From positions 124,001 through 188,000 of the forward strand of contig CAXXQE010000006.1 in the NCBI GenBank assembly GCA_963665615.2: a DNA stretch of 64,000 nt, read 5' to 3'. The position numbers and the translations under genes were made by a program. Each line of letters opens with the position of its first letter. Within the stretch, counting starts at the first letter, position 1. Positions 48,105 to 58,108 of this stretch are shown piece after piece. This DNA is from Syntrophales bacterium. Lineage in GTDB: Bacteria > Desulfobacterota > Syntrophia > Syntrophales > UBA4778. The notes below the pieces were generated by a model, which saw only the letters and a list, made by a program, of their open reading frames with translations, made no database searches and was not told where the DNA came from.

Positions 48105-48872
48105 TCACGACTTCTTTTTCAGAAACTTCTCCATGCCCTTCTTCTGCTCTTCGGTAGAAAAGCACAGGCCAAAACAATCTATTTCAAAGAGCGATCCTGT
48201 TTCAATATCACACTCCGCACCGCGGTTCATGGCCTTCTTGATCAAGGCCAGCGCCGCTGAACTCTTACCGGCAATCGACTTGGCGATCTTCATGGTTTCT
48301 TCAATCAGGACATCCTTAGGGAAAATATGATTGACGAGACCATAGGTCAGCGCATCATTCACCGACAGCATACCGCCGGTGAAGATCAACTCCTTGGCCC
48401 GTCCCATGCCAATGAAACGCGGAAGTCGCTGCGTCCCGGCTGATCCCGGCATAACACCGATATTGATCTCCGGTTGACCGAACTTAGCATTGTCGGAAGC
48501 CACCCTGAAGTCACAAGCCATGGCATACTCGAGACCACCGCCGAGACACAGACCATTGATCGCCGCAATGACCGGCTTTGAACAGTTGCAGATGGCGTCT
48601 ATCGACTGTTTGGCCTGCAGCCCATATTCCCGAGCGCCCATTGCATCCAGGGAACCCATCTCGCCGATATCGCCGCCCGCTACGAAAGCTTTTTCGCCTG
48701 CCCCCGTCAGAACGATCACTTTAATGGCACTGTCGGCCTCCAGGTCGCTCATGATGGCCGTGAAGCACTTGTTGACTTCTCGGCTCAATGCATTGAACAC
48801 GTCGGGACGGTTGAAGGTGACCAGGGCGACATCTTCTCTCTTCTCACACAATACACATTCACTTGAGCTCAT
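48105..48872 (-). CDS. crotonase/short-chain enoyl-CoA hydratase
   Basis: AFVAGGDI, CLGGGLE, FGQPEINIG...GTQRL. Confidence 0.92.
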   Translation of the reverse strand: MSSSECVLCEKREDVALVTFNRPDVFNALSREVNKCFTAIMSDLEADSAIKVIVLTGAGEKAFVAGGDIGEMGSLDAMGAREYGLQAKQSIDAICNCSKPVIAAINGLCLGGGLEYAMACDFRVASDNAKFGQPEINIGVMPGSAGTQRLPRFIGMGRAKELIFTGGMLSVNDALTYGLVNHIFPKDVLIEETMKIAKSIAGKSSAALALIKKAMNRGAECDIETGSLFEIDCFGLCFSTEEQKKGMEKFLKKKS

Positions 48873-49073
48873 ATTCCATTCTCCATCTTTTAGTTAGTAA
48901 TAAGTGGTTGAACAGACAAATTGTCTGACGGACTGCTACCAAAAACTCCTGAAACACACAATAACCGGTGGATATGTAAAAGAGATTTTGGCAAATGCCC
49001 GAAAGCGTCCGGAACCAATACGGGAGATTCCGCCGGGTTCATCCCGCACAGAATCTCCCGTATTATTAGTTAG

Positions 49074-50258
49074 TTAACGACCACTCTTAAAGTCATCTCT
49101 CATAAGCTCTCTGGCAATAATCATGCGGCGAATTTCAGACGTGCCAGCGCCGATATCCCAGAGTTTCTGATCCAGATAGTGGCGGGACACAGGGTATTCT
49201 GTGCAGTATCCGTAACCGCCATGAATCTGAACGGCCTCGTCTGCCACCTTGGTGCCCATCTTTCCGCAGAACAGCAGCGATGCCGCGGCCATTCTGTCGA
49301 GGTCGGTTCCCTTGCCGCCAGACTTGTTGGGCAGTGAGTCGCAGAAGGATGCGGCGCTGTAAGCCATCCACTTGGAGGAGAGATACCACGTGTACATGTT
49401 GGCCAGCTTCTCCTGAATGGCCTGATTGGAAATGATCGGCTTACCGAACTGGACCCTCTCCTTCGCATACTTCAGAGAGAGCTCCAGGCAGGCGCGCGAA
49501 GAACCGATCGAGCAACCGCTCAGGGTGATGCGTTCGGTGCACAGACCGCTGGTCAGAACAGCAACCCCCTTGTCCAACTGACCGACCAGATTTTCTTCAG
49601 GGATCTCCATATCGTCGAAAGTCACCAGACCGGTGGGAGACGTTCTCATGCCCCACTTTTTGATCTTCTCAATGGTACAACCCTTGACTTCCTGCGGGTT
49701 GAAAAAGAAGGTAGAGATCCCGTGTGGACCCTTTTCCGGCGCTGTCTTCGCGTAAAACAACATGAAGTCGGAGTGGGGGGCGTTGGTGATGAAGATCTTG
49801 CTGCCGTTGATAATGTACTTGTCGCCCTTTTTGACAGCCTTGGTGGCCATGCTCATGGCGTCGGAACCGGAGTTGGGCTCCGTAATCCCGAGGCAGCCGA
49901 TTGACTCGCCACTACAAGCCTTGGGCAGATACTTCATCTTCTGCTCTTCGGTGGCGTTTCGACGGAAGTTATCGAAGCACAGGGTCTGACTCGCCCCGCA
50001 CGTCATAGACAGAGCGCCGCTGACACGAGCAATGTTTTCATAAAGGAGCAGTGTCTCGACATAACCGAGTCCCGCTCCGCCGTATTTTTCTTCAAAGGCC
50101 ACACCATTGAGGCCGAGATTGCCGAACTCCTTGAAGAGGCCTTCGGGCATCTTATCCACTTCGTAGGCATGTTCCATTTGGGGCTCAAGCCAAGAGGTCG
50201 CCCATTTATAAACGCTCTCTTCCAACATTTTTTGTTCTTCATTGAACTCAAAATTCAT
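49074..50258 (-). CDS. acyl-CoA dehydrogenase, isovaleryl-CoA dehydrogenase-like
   Basis: EPNSGSD, GMRTSPT, LTSGLCTER, IGAGTSEIRR. Confidence 0.85.
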   Translation of the reverse strand: MNFEFNEEQKMLEESVYKWATSWLEPQMEHAYEVDKMPEGLFKEFGNLGLNGVAFEEKYGGAGLGYVETLLLYENIARVSGALSMTCGASQTLCFDNFRRNATEEQKMKYLPKACSGESIGCLGITEPNSGSDAMSMATKAVKKGDKYIINGSKIFITNAPHSDFMLFYAKTAPEKGPHGISTFFFNPQEVKGCTIEKIKKWGMRTSPTGLVTFDDMEIPEENLVGQLDKGVAVLTSGLCTERITLSGCSIGSSRACLELSLKYAKERVQFGKPIISNQAIQEKLANMYTWYLSSKWMAYSAASFCDSLPNKSGGKGTDLDRMAAASLLFCGKMGTKVADEAVQIHGGYGYCTEYPVSRHYLDQKLWDIGAGTSEIRRMIIARELMRDDFKSGR

Positions 50259-50468
50259 GCACTGTATCCTCCTTAACTATATATTGAAACAATGTGTTTG
50301 CTGGTCCGAAACAGCTTAGGCACTGCTCGGCCGCACTGTTTGATGGGAGCATAGGTTAATACGGCCTCGGCGTCAATCGAAAACTGCCTATTTTTGCTGG
50401 AAAATAATGGCATGTTGGGAAGACGTGTGTTAACGTTCCACCACATTTCATACCAAGGGGAGAGGCGC

Positions 50469-50861
50469 ATGACAGAAGATGTCAAAATCAAAACAAAAGA
50501 AACGGCCGCCAAACTGTTCGGCAAGGGCATCAAAATGGACCCGCCCTATCTGACCTGGAAGGAATTCGACCGCGATTTGGCCAACGATCTGTCGATGTTC
50601 ATCACGGGCAATCTCTATTCGAGGACGGTCCTGACACTGCCTGAGCGTCAGATGGTCGCCTGCGCCATGCTGGCTGCCCTGGGCGCCAGCGAGGAGCTGC
50701 GGCTGCACGTCAATGCCGCTCTGAATGTGGGGTGTGACCCCCGAAAGCTCGCCGAGGTCTTCTTTCAACTTGTTCCCTATGGCGGCATGCCAAAGGTCAA
50801 TGAAGCGCTAACAGTCTATCGGGAAGTCCTGAAGGAACGGGGAGAATGGCCGATCGAGTAA
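50469..50861 (+). CDS. carboxymuconolactone decarboxylase (CMD/AhpD-like) family protein
   Basis: LYSR...LTLPERQ, LRLHVNAALNVG, YGGMP. Confidence 0.85.
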   Translation: MTEDVKIKTKETAAKLFGKGIKMDPPYLTWKEFDRDLANDLSMFITGNLYSRTVLTLPERQMVACAMLAALGASEELRLHVNAALNVGCDPRKLAEVFFQLVPYGGMPKVNEALTVYREVLKERGEWPIE

Positions 50862-51253
50862 GCGGCTAATGCCTCAGTGACGGGTAACGGGTGACTAGTA
50901 AAAAATTTGGCTTTTTCGGAACATTAATGACGCACCGACGCAGACGCCAGCCAATCTCCGATTCCCAAGGGAGAGGGTATATCCTGTTTGCTCTTTTACT
51001 ACGCTGCGTGCCATGGAAAATACGATCGTTTATCTTTCGCTTGTCACTCGTTACCCGTCACTCGATTCACTGTCAGTTAATACTAATTATTTAGAGGTAT
51101 TTAATCTCCTTAGGGATGCTTAAGCTCACGCACCTCGTTCATCATGTCCTTCATCGGTCAATGGCTTCTCTCCCCCTTGCACAACCAAGCGCACCTGACC
51201 TCACAGATGGATCGTCAAGCCCTGCAGAGGCTGCTGCGTTGCAGTCGATCATA

Positions 51254-52237
51254 TCATCGCTTGAGGATCTCCTCTTTTAGATAGCGCCGCGCCAACTCCC
51301 CGGCCAGGGTGTGAGGATCGCTTTCGCGGTTAAGCACGGCAGAAACCATCCGCTCCATCTCGCCGCTGGCCTCCAGATCCTCCAGCAGGGGGGCTAATAC
51401 CTCGACCCGGATCGCCTCTTCCAGCGCTGCCAGAATTTGGTGGCGCCTCCTATCAGTCAAGCTTCCACTTGATACCAGAAAATCATAATGGGCACGAACA
51501 CATTTAACTAAAACTTGAAGTTGATCACTAAATATAGCAGAATCATTTACATTCCCAAGACATAGAATCGGAGGACGCCAGTCCCGTTTAACATGGTCAG
51601 ACATGCCCAACATCATCTCCAGATCGCGGGCCAGTTGATGCACACCGTCACGATCCGCCTTGTTGATGACGAAGATATCGGCGATCTCCAGAATGCCGGC
51701 TTTGATCGCCTGAATGTCGTCTCCCATTCCAGGCACCAGGACCACCAGCGTCGTGTGGGCATGATGGATGATACTACTCTCCTGCTGACCCGCGCCAACC
51801 GTCTCGACAATGATGACGTCCTTTCCCATGGCGTCGAGAACCGACACCGCATCGCCGATGCACCGGGCCAGGCCTCCGAGCACGCCACGGGTCGCCAGGC
51901 TTCGAATAAAGACGCCGGAATCCTCGACATGCCGCTGCATCCGGATGCGGTCCCCTAGGATCGCGCCTCCGGTAAACGGACTCGTTGGATCGACGGCCAA
52001 AACGCCGACGGTCTGCCCCGCCGCGCGAAAGGCCCCGATCAACGCATCAGTCAGAGTGCTCTTCCCCGCACCGGGGGGACCGGTCACGCCGATGACATGC
52101 GCCCGCCCCGTATAAGGAAAGAGGCGCCCAACCGTCGCCTTCGCCCCCGTCTCCTCTTCTTCCAATCCGCGAATCAGCCGGGAGGCAGCGCGCACATCCC
52201 CCTTGATGATCTCGACTATTGCATTCATGCGGGCCAT
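51254..52237 (-). CDS. meaB: acyl-CoA mutase-associated GTPase MeaB/ArgK
   Basis: GPPGAGKST, AVDPTSPFTGGAILGDRIRM, ETVG, QAIKAG, NKAD. Confidence 0.92.
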   Translation of the reverse strand: MARMNAIVEIIKGDVRAASRLIRGLEEEETGAKATVGRLFPYTGRAHVIGVTGPPGAGKSTLTDALIGAFRAAGQTVGVLAVDPTSPFTGGAILGDRIRMQRHVEDSGVFIRSLATRGVLGGLARCIGDAVSVLDAMGKDVIIVETVGAGQQESSIIHHAHTTLVVLVPGMGDDIQAIKAGILEIADIFVINKADRDGVHQLARDLEMMLGMSDHVKRDWRPPILCLGNVNDSAIFSDQLQVLVKCVRAHYDFLVSSGSLTDRRRHQILAALEEAIRVEVLAPLLEDLEASGEMERMVSAVLNRESDPHTLAGELARRYLKEEILKR

Positions 52238-52385
52238 CTAACGCAAAGCATCCTTAAAATGCAAGACCTTTGAAAGAAAGGCTCACAAGTTCCTTGACAT
52301 CAAGAGGCGTTATGCCCTATATATCGCAGCCCGTCATTTTCCGGGCCTCCAAACGATCATTGATAGATGCATACAGAGAAACACC

Positions 52386-53096
52386 ATGCAACTGACAGTC
52401 AGAGATGTTGCGAGAATCCTTTCCGTTAACGAAACCACGGTCTACCGTTGGATTAAGGAAGCGGCGCTACCGGGGTATCGAGTCAACAATCAATACCGAT
52501 TCAACAGAGCAGAACTCTTTGAGTGGGCCACCGCCCACCAGGTAAAGGTTTCTGCAGACCTTTTCACTGAATCCGCTGATGACGCCGAACAATTCGGCAC
52601 CTTGAGCGACGCGCTGACAGCGGGAGGAATCGCCTACAACCTGCCGGGAACCGACAAGGCCTCGGCCCTGCGGTCAGTGGTACAGGATATGCCCCTGCCG
52701 GACCAGGTCCATCGCGACTTTCTGCTGGAGATCCTGCTGGCCCGCGAGGCGCTGGCCTCCACGGGAATCGGCGACGGCATCGCACTGCCGCACGTCCGCA
52801 ATCCGATTGTCCTTCGCGTTCCCCAGCCGGTCATCCGCCTGTGTTTCCTGGCGCAGCCGGTTGATTTCGACGCAATCGACGGACAACCGGTCTACTGCCT
52901 CTTTACGATCATCAGCCCGACGGTACGGTTCCACCTGCACCTGCTTTCTCAGATCAGTTTCGCCCTGCGCGATCCGGCCTTCAAGGCGGCCATCGAAAAG
53001 CGCGCCCCGCAGGAAGAGCTTTTCGGCCACTTGCAAAGGATCGATAGAGAACTGAGCGCCCGCACGGGCAAGCCCTCCGGAGCATCCGATCGATGA
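52386..53096 (+). CDS. excisionase-type HTH fused to PTS EIIA(Ntr/Fru)-like domain
   Basis: LTVRDVA...TVYRW...YRF; REALASTGIGDGIALPH phospho-His motif. Confidence 0.88.
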   Translation: MQLTVRDVARILSVNETTVYRWIKEAALPGYRVNNQYRFNRAELFEWATAHQVKVSADLFTESADDAEQFGTLSDALTAGGIAYNLPGTDKASALRSVVQDMPLPDQVHRDFLLEILLAREALASTGIGDGIALPHVRNPIVLRVPQPVIRLCFLAQPVDFDAIDGQPVYCLFTIISPTVRFHLHLLSQISFALRDPAFKAAIEKRAPQEELFGHLQRIDRELSARTGKPSGASDR

Positions 53097-55081
53097 ACCT
53101 CTTGCTTCTCTCTATTGGGGTCATCTTGCTTTCGGCCCTGGCGTCTCTGGCAACGACGCGACGCCCCCTGGCCAGTGTGAGTCTGAGCGCCGTCGGCAAT
53201 ACGCTTGCCGCGCTGCCGGGACTATACGTCTCTATCGAGACGCTTCTGACCGGCCGGACGCTGGCGATGCAGCTTCCTTGGTCCATGCCCTACGGCACGG
53301 CCGCCATCGAAATCGATCCCCTGACCGCCTGCTTCCTGATCCCGGTCTTTGCCCTGTCCGCTATTACGTCCCTTTACGGCGTCCGGTACCTGACAGCGCA
53401 TCATTCAGACAAACCGCTCGGGCCGACAGCTTTCTTCTTTAACATCCTGTCGGCCGCCATGATCGCCGTTGTTGTCGCACGAAACGCGGTTCTCTTTCTC
53501 ATTGCCTGGGAGGTGATGTCGCTGGCCTCGTTCTTTCTCGTCACCGTCTACGACGACCGTGCCGAGGTAAGGCAGGCAGGCTTCACCTATCTGATCGCCA
53601 CGCACATCGGCACCGCCTTCCTCATGGCCTTCTTTATCTTTATGGGCATGACCGCCGGATCGCTCGATTTTGCCGCCTTCAATGCCCTGCCCTCTTTGAG
53701 TCCGATGTTTGCCTCGCTGCTCTTTATCCTGGCGCTGATCGGCTTCGGCACGAAGGCCGGGCTCATGCCGCTGCACGTCTGGCTGCCCGAGGCCCATCCG
53801 GCCGCGCCAAGCCATGTCTCGGCGCTCATGTCGGGCGTTATGATCAAGACCGGCATCTACGGCATTATCCGCGCGCTGACCTTCCTCCCCGACACCCAGG
53901 GCTGGTGGGGCTGGCTCCTCGTGATCATCGGGACCGTATCCGGCATCTTCGGCATCCTCTTTGCTGCAGCCCAACAGGACATCAAACGACTCCTGGCCTA
54001 CTCCAGCGTCGAGAATATCGGCATCATCACCATCGGCCTCGGTATCGGCATGCTCGGCATGCATTATGCGCTACCCGTTCTGGCCGTCGCCGGATTCACA
54101 GGCGCGCTCCTGCACGTCATCAATCATGCCTTCTTCAAGGGACTTCTCTTCCTTAGCGCCGGCGCCGTGATCCAGGCAACCGGCACACCGTCGATGGATG
54201 AATTGGGCGGTCTGATCAAGCGCATGCCCCGAACGGGCGCGGCCTTTCTCGTCGGCGCCGTCGCCATATGCGCGTTGCCGCCCTTCAACGGCTTTGTGAG
54301 CGAATTTATGATCTATGCGGGTGCCTTTTACGGCATGACCACGCCGAAGACCAACCTGCTGGTACCGGCCATCCTGACCATCGGCGCGCTGGCCCTGATC
54401 GGGGGACTGTCAATGGCCTGCTTCACCAAGCTCTTCGGCGTCACGTTTCTGGGGGAACCCAGATCGACCGCGGCCTCACAGGCCCATGAGGTGACAGATA
54501 GCATGCAACTCGCGCTGTGGATTCCTGCGATAGCCTGTGTCGCCATCGGTCTCGCAGGCTCCTGGCTGGTGACCGCTCTCGAACCGGCCATCAGTACCCT
54601 CACAAGGCTGAAAGCACCAATCCTCTCGGCGGAACTGTCCGGCCTCGGCAACCTTTTGAACGGCATCCTCTGGACGGTCAGCGTGCTGGCCATAATGACC
54701 TTGCTGCTGATGCTGTTGCGACGTCTGCTCTTCGCCGGTCGCCGAATCGATCGACAGGTCACGTGGGATTGCGGCTATGCTGCACCGTCAGCCCGGATGG
54801 AGTACACCGGCGCCTCTTTCGCAGAGCCGATCGTAACACTCATGCGCGGCTTTCTGCTTCCCCGGACAACCGAAAAACGGCCACAGGGCGCATTCCCACA
54901 GGATGCCTCTTTCGCGACGGAGGTTGTCGATCCTGTCTATCAGTCGTTTTTCCTTCCCCTTTTCCGTCAGGCGGCCAAGGGGCTTGACATGCTGCACTGG
55001 CTGCAGCACGGCAGTGTGCAGATCTACATTCTCTACATTGCCGCAACGCTGGTCATCCTGATGATGTGGAAGCTGTGGTGA
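53093..55081 (+). CDS. Ehr/HyfB-like antiporter-type proton-translocating subunit
   Basis: WEVMS, KAGLMPLHVWLPEAHPAAPS, KRLLAYSSVEN, TWDCGY. Confidence 0.9.
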   Translation: MNLLLLSIGVILLSALASLATTRRPLASVSLSAVGNTLAALPGLYVSIETLLTGRTLAMQLPWSMPYGTAAIEIDPLTACFLIPVFALSAITSLYGVRYLTAHHSDKPLGPTAFFFNILSAAMIAVVVARNAVLFLIAWEVMSLASFFLVTVYDDRAEVRQAGFTYLIATHIGTAFLMAFFIFMGMTAGSLDFAAFNALPSLSPMFASLLFILALIGFGTKAGLMPLHVWLPEAHPAAPSHVSALMSGVMIKTGIYGIIRALTFLPDTQGWWGWLLVIIGTVSGIFGILFAAAQQDIKRLLAYSSVENIGIITIGLGIGMLGMHYALPVLAVAGFTGALLHVINHAFFKGLLFLSAGAVIQATGTPSMDELGGLIKRMPRTGAAFLVGAVAICALPPFNGFVSEFMIYAGAFYGMTTPKTNLLVPAILTIGALALIGGLSMACFTKLFGVTFLGEPRSTAASQAHEVTDSMQLALWIPAIACVAIGLAGSWLVTALEPAISTLTRLKAPILSAELSGLGNLLNGILWTVSVLAIMTLLLMLLRRLLFAGRRIDRQVTWDCGYAAPSARMEYTGASFAEPIVTLMRGFLLPRTTEKRPQGAFPQDASFATEVVDPVYQSFFLPLFRQAAKGLDMLHWLQHGSVQIYILYIAATLVILMMWKLW

Positions 55082-55980
55082 TCATGGACCACGTACGCAA
55101 CATATTGCACCCCGTGCTGATCCTGCTTATGGCGCCCCTCTTCCTGGGGATCATCAACCGAACAAAGGCGCTCTTCGCGGGACGCAAGGGACAGCCGCTC
55201 ATGCAGACTTATTTTGAGCTCTGGAAGCTCATCAACAAAGGCGCCGTTTACAGCCGAAGCACCTCCTGGATTTTCAAGGCGGCCCCTGTCGTCTGTCTGG
55301 CCGTAGCTATCACGGTGAGCTATCTCCTGCCGATCGGCGAGGAACCCGCCGTGCTGGCCTTTGAAGGGGACCTGATCGTCCTGATCTACCTGCTGGCGCT
55401 GATGCGCTTTTTCATGGTCGCAGCCGCCCTGGACACCGCGTCGAGCTTCGAGGGAATGGGCGCCAGCCGGGAAGTGGCCTTTTCCGCCCTTGCCGAGCCC
55501 GCACTGCTCATGGCCCTGGCAGCAGTCGCCCACCTGACGGGAAGCTTTTCGCTCACCAAGATCTCTACCACGCTCTCCGGTGCGTCCTGGTATGGCCACA
55601 GCGGCGCCATGCTCTTTGCCGTCGCCGCCCTGGCGATCATCACCCTCGCTGAAAATGCGCGTATCCCGGTGGACGACCCCAACACGCACCTGGAGTTGAC
55701 GATGATCCACGAAGCGATGATCCTCGACAATAGCGGCCCTGATCTGGCATTTATCCTCTATGCTTCAGCCGTCAAGCTCCTCGTCTTCGGCACGCTGATC
55801 GCCGACCTGGTGGCACCGGCTTACGGCATCGCCGGAACCCTTGCTGTCCTTCTAGCCGCCGCCGTGGGTATCGGCATGATTGAATCGACCATGGCGCGAC
55901 TGCGGCTCCTGCATGTACCGCGACTGCTGATGGCGGCACTGGCTTTTTCCATTCTGGCCCTGGTTTTCGGAGTGAGGTAA
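55078..55980 (+). CDS. Ehr/HyfC (NuoH-like) membrane subunit
   Basis: GRKGQP, GMGASRE, ENARIPVDDPNTHLELTMIHEAM. Confidence 0.9.
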   Translation: MIMDHVRNILHPVLILLMAPLFLGIINRTKALFAGRKGQPLMQTYFELWKLINKGAVYSRSTSWIFKAAPVVCLAVAITVSYLLPIGEEPAVLAFEGDLIVLIYLLALMRFFMVAAALDTASSFEGMGASREVAFSALAEPALLMALAAVAHLTGSFSLTKISTTLSGASWYGHSGAMLFAVAALAIITLAENARIPVDDPNTHLELTMIHEAMILDNSGPDLAFILYASAVKLLVFGTLIADLVAPAYGIAGTLAVLLAAAVGIGMIESTMARLRLLHVPRLLMAALAFSILALVFGVR

Positions 55981-55984
55981 CGCT

Positions 55985-56629
55985 ATGGATTTGTGGGTGG
56001 ACGTGGTTCTCATTGTTCTGACACTGCTCAATTTTCTGATGCTCGGCGCCATCCGGCTCAATACGTCGATTCGCATCATCGCCTTTCAGGGTTTCGTGCT
56101 GGGGCTCATGCCCCTTCTGATTCATGGCTTTGCCGTCGATCTGCTGCTCTTTACGCTTTTGACCGTAGCGGTCAAGGGGATCCTCATGCCCGTCTGGCTG
56201 ATGCGCACCCTGCGCCACCTGGACATCAACTGGAAAGATACGCCGTATCTCGGTTACGCACCGGCGATCCTGATGGCGCCGCTGGCGCTCGGGTTTTCTC
56301 TCTGGGTGAGTTCGCGCCTGACCCTGCCAGCGGGAACCGAAACGGTCTCTGCCATGATCGTTCCCGTCGCCATGTTCACGCTGATTGTCGGCCTCTTTCT
56401 GGTTATCACCCGGAAGAAGGCCCTGTCCCAGGTCATCGGTTACGTCGTCCTGGAAAATGGCATCTACACCTTCGGTATTTCCTTTGCGATTCACCAGCCG
56501 CTTTTGATCGAGCTGGGCATCCTCCTGGATGTCTTTGTGGGCGTTTTCGTGATGTGCATTGCCATGTTTCATATCAGCCGCCAGTTTGATCATATCGAGA
56601 CTGATCAACTGTCGTCGTTGAGGAACTGA
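55985..56629 (+). CDS. Ehr/HyfE-like membrane subunit
   Basis: QVIGYVVLENGI, ELGILLD. Confidence 0.88.
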   Translation: MDLWVDVVLIVLTLLNFLMLGAIRLNTSIRIIAFQGFVLGLMPLLIHGFAVDLLLFTLLTVAVKGILMPVWLMRTLRHLDINWKDTPYLGYAPAILMAPLALGFSLWVSSRLTLPAGTETVSAMIVPVAMFTLIVGLFLVITRKKALSQVIGYVVLENGIYTFGISFAIHQPLLIELGILLDVFVGVFVMCIAMFHISRQFDHIETDQLSSLRN

Positions 56630-56632
56630 GCC

Positions 56633-58108
56633 ATGGTCTGTTGGTTGCTCATCCTCATTCCCCTCGCCGCGGCGTTCGTGTGCGTTTCGATCCGCTGGAA
56701 TGCGCCCCGCCGCCTCCTGCTGCTCGTCGCGGCCCTCGCGCATGCGGGACTCACGGCAACAACCTGGATAGAGACGCCCAAACCCGTCCTCTATGGATGG
56801 CTGGGACTCGACGCCCCGGGGCGCCTTTTCCTGACCATCATGAGCGGCCTCTTCTTAGCCGCCTCCTTCTATGCCATCCAGTATCTGAGGGCAGAAGATA
56901 AGGGTAAGCGAAAGGACTTCGAATCGGGCGCTCTCTTCATCAATGCGCCGGAACCGATCTTCACCGGCTGCCTGTTGTGCTTCCAGTCCGCTATGACCGC
57001 TGTTTGCCTGGGACTCCATTTCGGCGTCATCTGGGTGGCGATAGAGTTGACGACCCTGGCAAGCGCCCCCCTCATTTATTTTCACCGGCACCCGCGATCG
57101 CTGGAGGCCACCTGGAAGTACCTGCTCATCTGCTCCATCGGCATTGCCGTGGGACTTCTGGGCAACTTCTTCATCGGCATCGCCTCGACGACACCGAACA
57201 CCGCCATTTCTATGGTCCTGCAGGATCTTCTAAAAAATGCGCATCTGCTGAACGTCCCATGGCTCAAGGCCGCCTTTATTCTGCTCCTGGTCGGCTACGG
57301 CACGAAGATGGGTCTGGCGCCTATGCATACGTGGCTGCCGGACGCGCACAGCGAGGCCCCGTCCGTGGTCTCCGCGCTCCTGTCCGGCGCTCTACTCAAC
57401 TGCGCCTTTCTGGGCATTCTGCGCGCCTATCAAGTCTGCGATGCTGCGGGACAGCGGGCCTTTGCCCAGGATTTGCTTGTGCTCTTCGGATTTCTGTCGA
57501 TCGCCTGTGCGGCCGTCTTCATCATCGGCCAGCGGGACTACAAACGGATGCTTGCCTATTCAAGCATTGAGCACATGGGCATCCTGTCGTTGGGGATCGG
57601 GCTGGGGGGCTCCGCTGTCTTCGGCGCGATGCTGCACGCGATCAACCACTCGCTGACAAAGGCCTCACTCTTCTTCGTCGCCGGGAATATCCTGACCCTT
57701 TACAAGACAAAATCCACTACGGACGTTCGGGGAATGATACGGTTGAGCCCGATCACAGGCGTCGTCTGGGTGGCCGGCATCCTGGCGATTACCGGTTTTC
57801 CACCCTTCGGCCTCTTTGTGAGCGAATTTATCCTGGCCCGGGAGGGATTCATCCAGGGGCGGACTGTGTTGACGTCCGTGTACCTGCTGCTTCTGACCGT
57901 AATCTTCATCGGGATCGCTGGAATCGGCTTGAGAATGGCGCAGGGACGCCCTGAGAACATGACGATTGAACACACGCGGGGACACTTCTGGGCCGTTCTC
58001 CCCCCACTGATCCTCATCTGCCTCGTCCTGACGTTGGGTTGCTGGATTCCCGGCCCCGTCATGAACGCCCTGCAGGATGCGGCACGCGTGCTGGGAGGTC
58101 AACCGTGA
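56633..58108 (+). CDS. Ehr/HyfF-like antiporter-type subunit
   Basis: SLEATWKY, GYGTKMGLAPMHTWLPDAHSEAP, KRMLAYSSIEH. Confidence 0.9.
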   Translation: MVCWLLILIPLAAAFVCVSIRWNAPRRLLLLVAALAHAGLTATTWIETPKPVLYGWLGLDAPGRLFLTIMSGLFLAASFYAIQYLRAEDKGKRKDFESGALFINAPEPIFTGCLLCFQSAMTAVCLGLHFGVIWVAIELTTLASAPLIYFHRHPRSLEATWKYLLICSIGIAVGLLGNFFIGIASTTPNTAISMVLQDLLKNAHLLNVPWLKAAFILLLVGYGTKMGLAPMHTWLPDAHSEAPSVVSALLSGALLNCAFLGILRAYQVCDAAGQRAFAQDLLVLFGFLSIACAAVFIIGQRDYKRMLAYSSIEHMGILSLGIGLGGSAVFGAMLHAINHSLTKASLFFVAGNILTLYKTKSTTDVRGMIRLSPITGVVWVAGILAITGFPPFGLFVSEFILAREGFIQGRTVLTSVYLLLLTVIFIGIAGIGLRMAQGRPENMTIEHTRGHFWAVLPPLILICLVLTLGCWIPGPVMNALQDAARVLGGQP

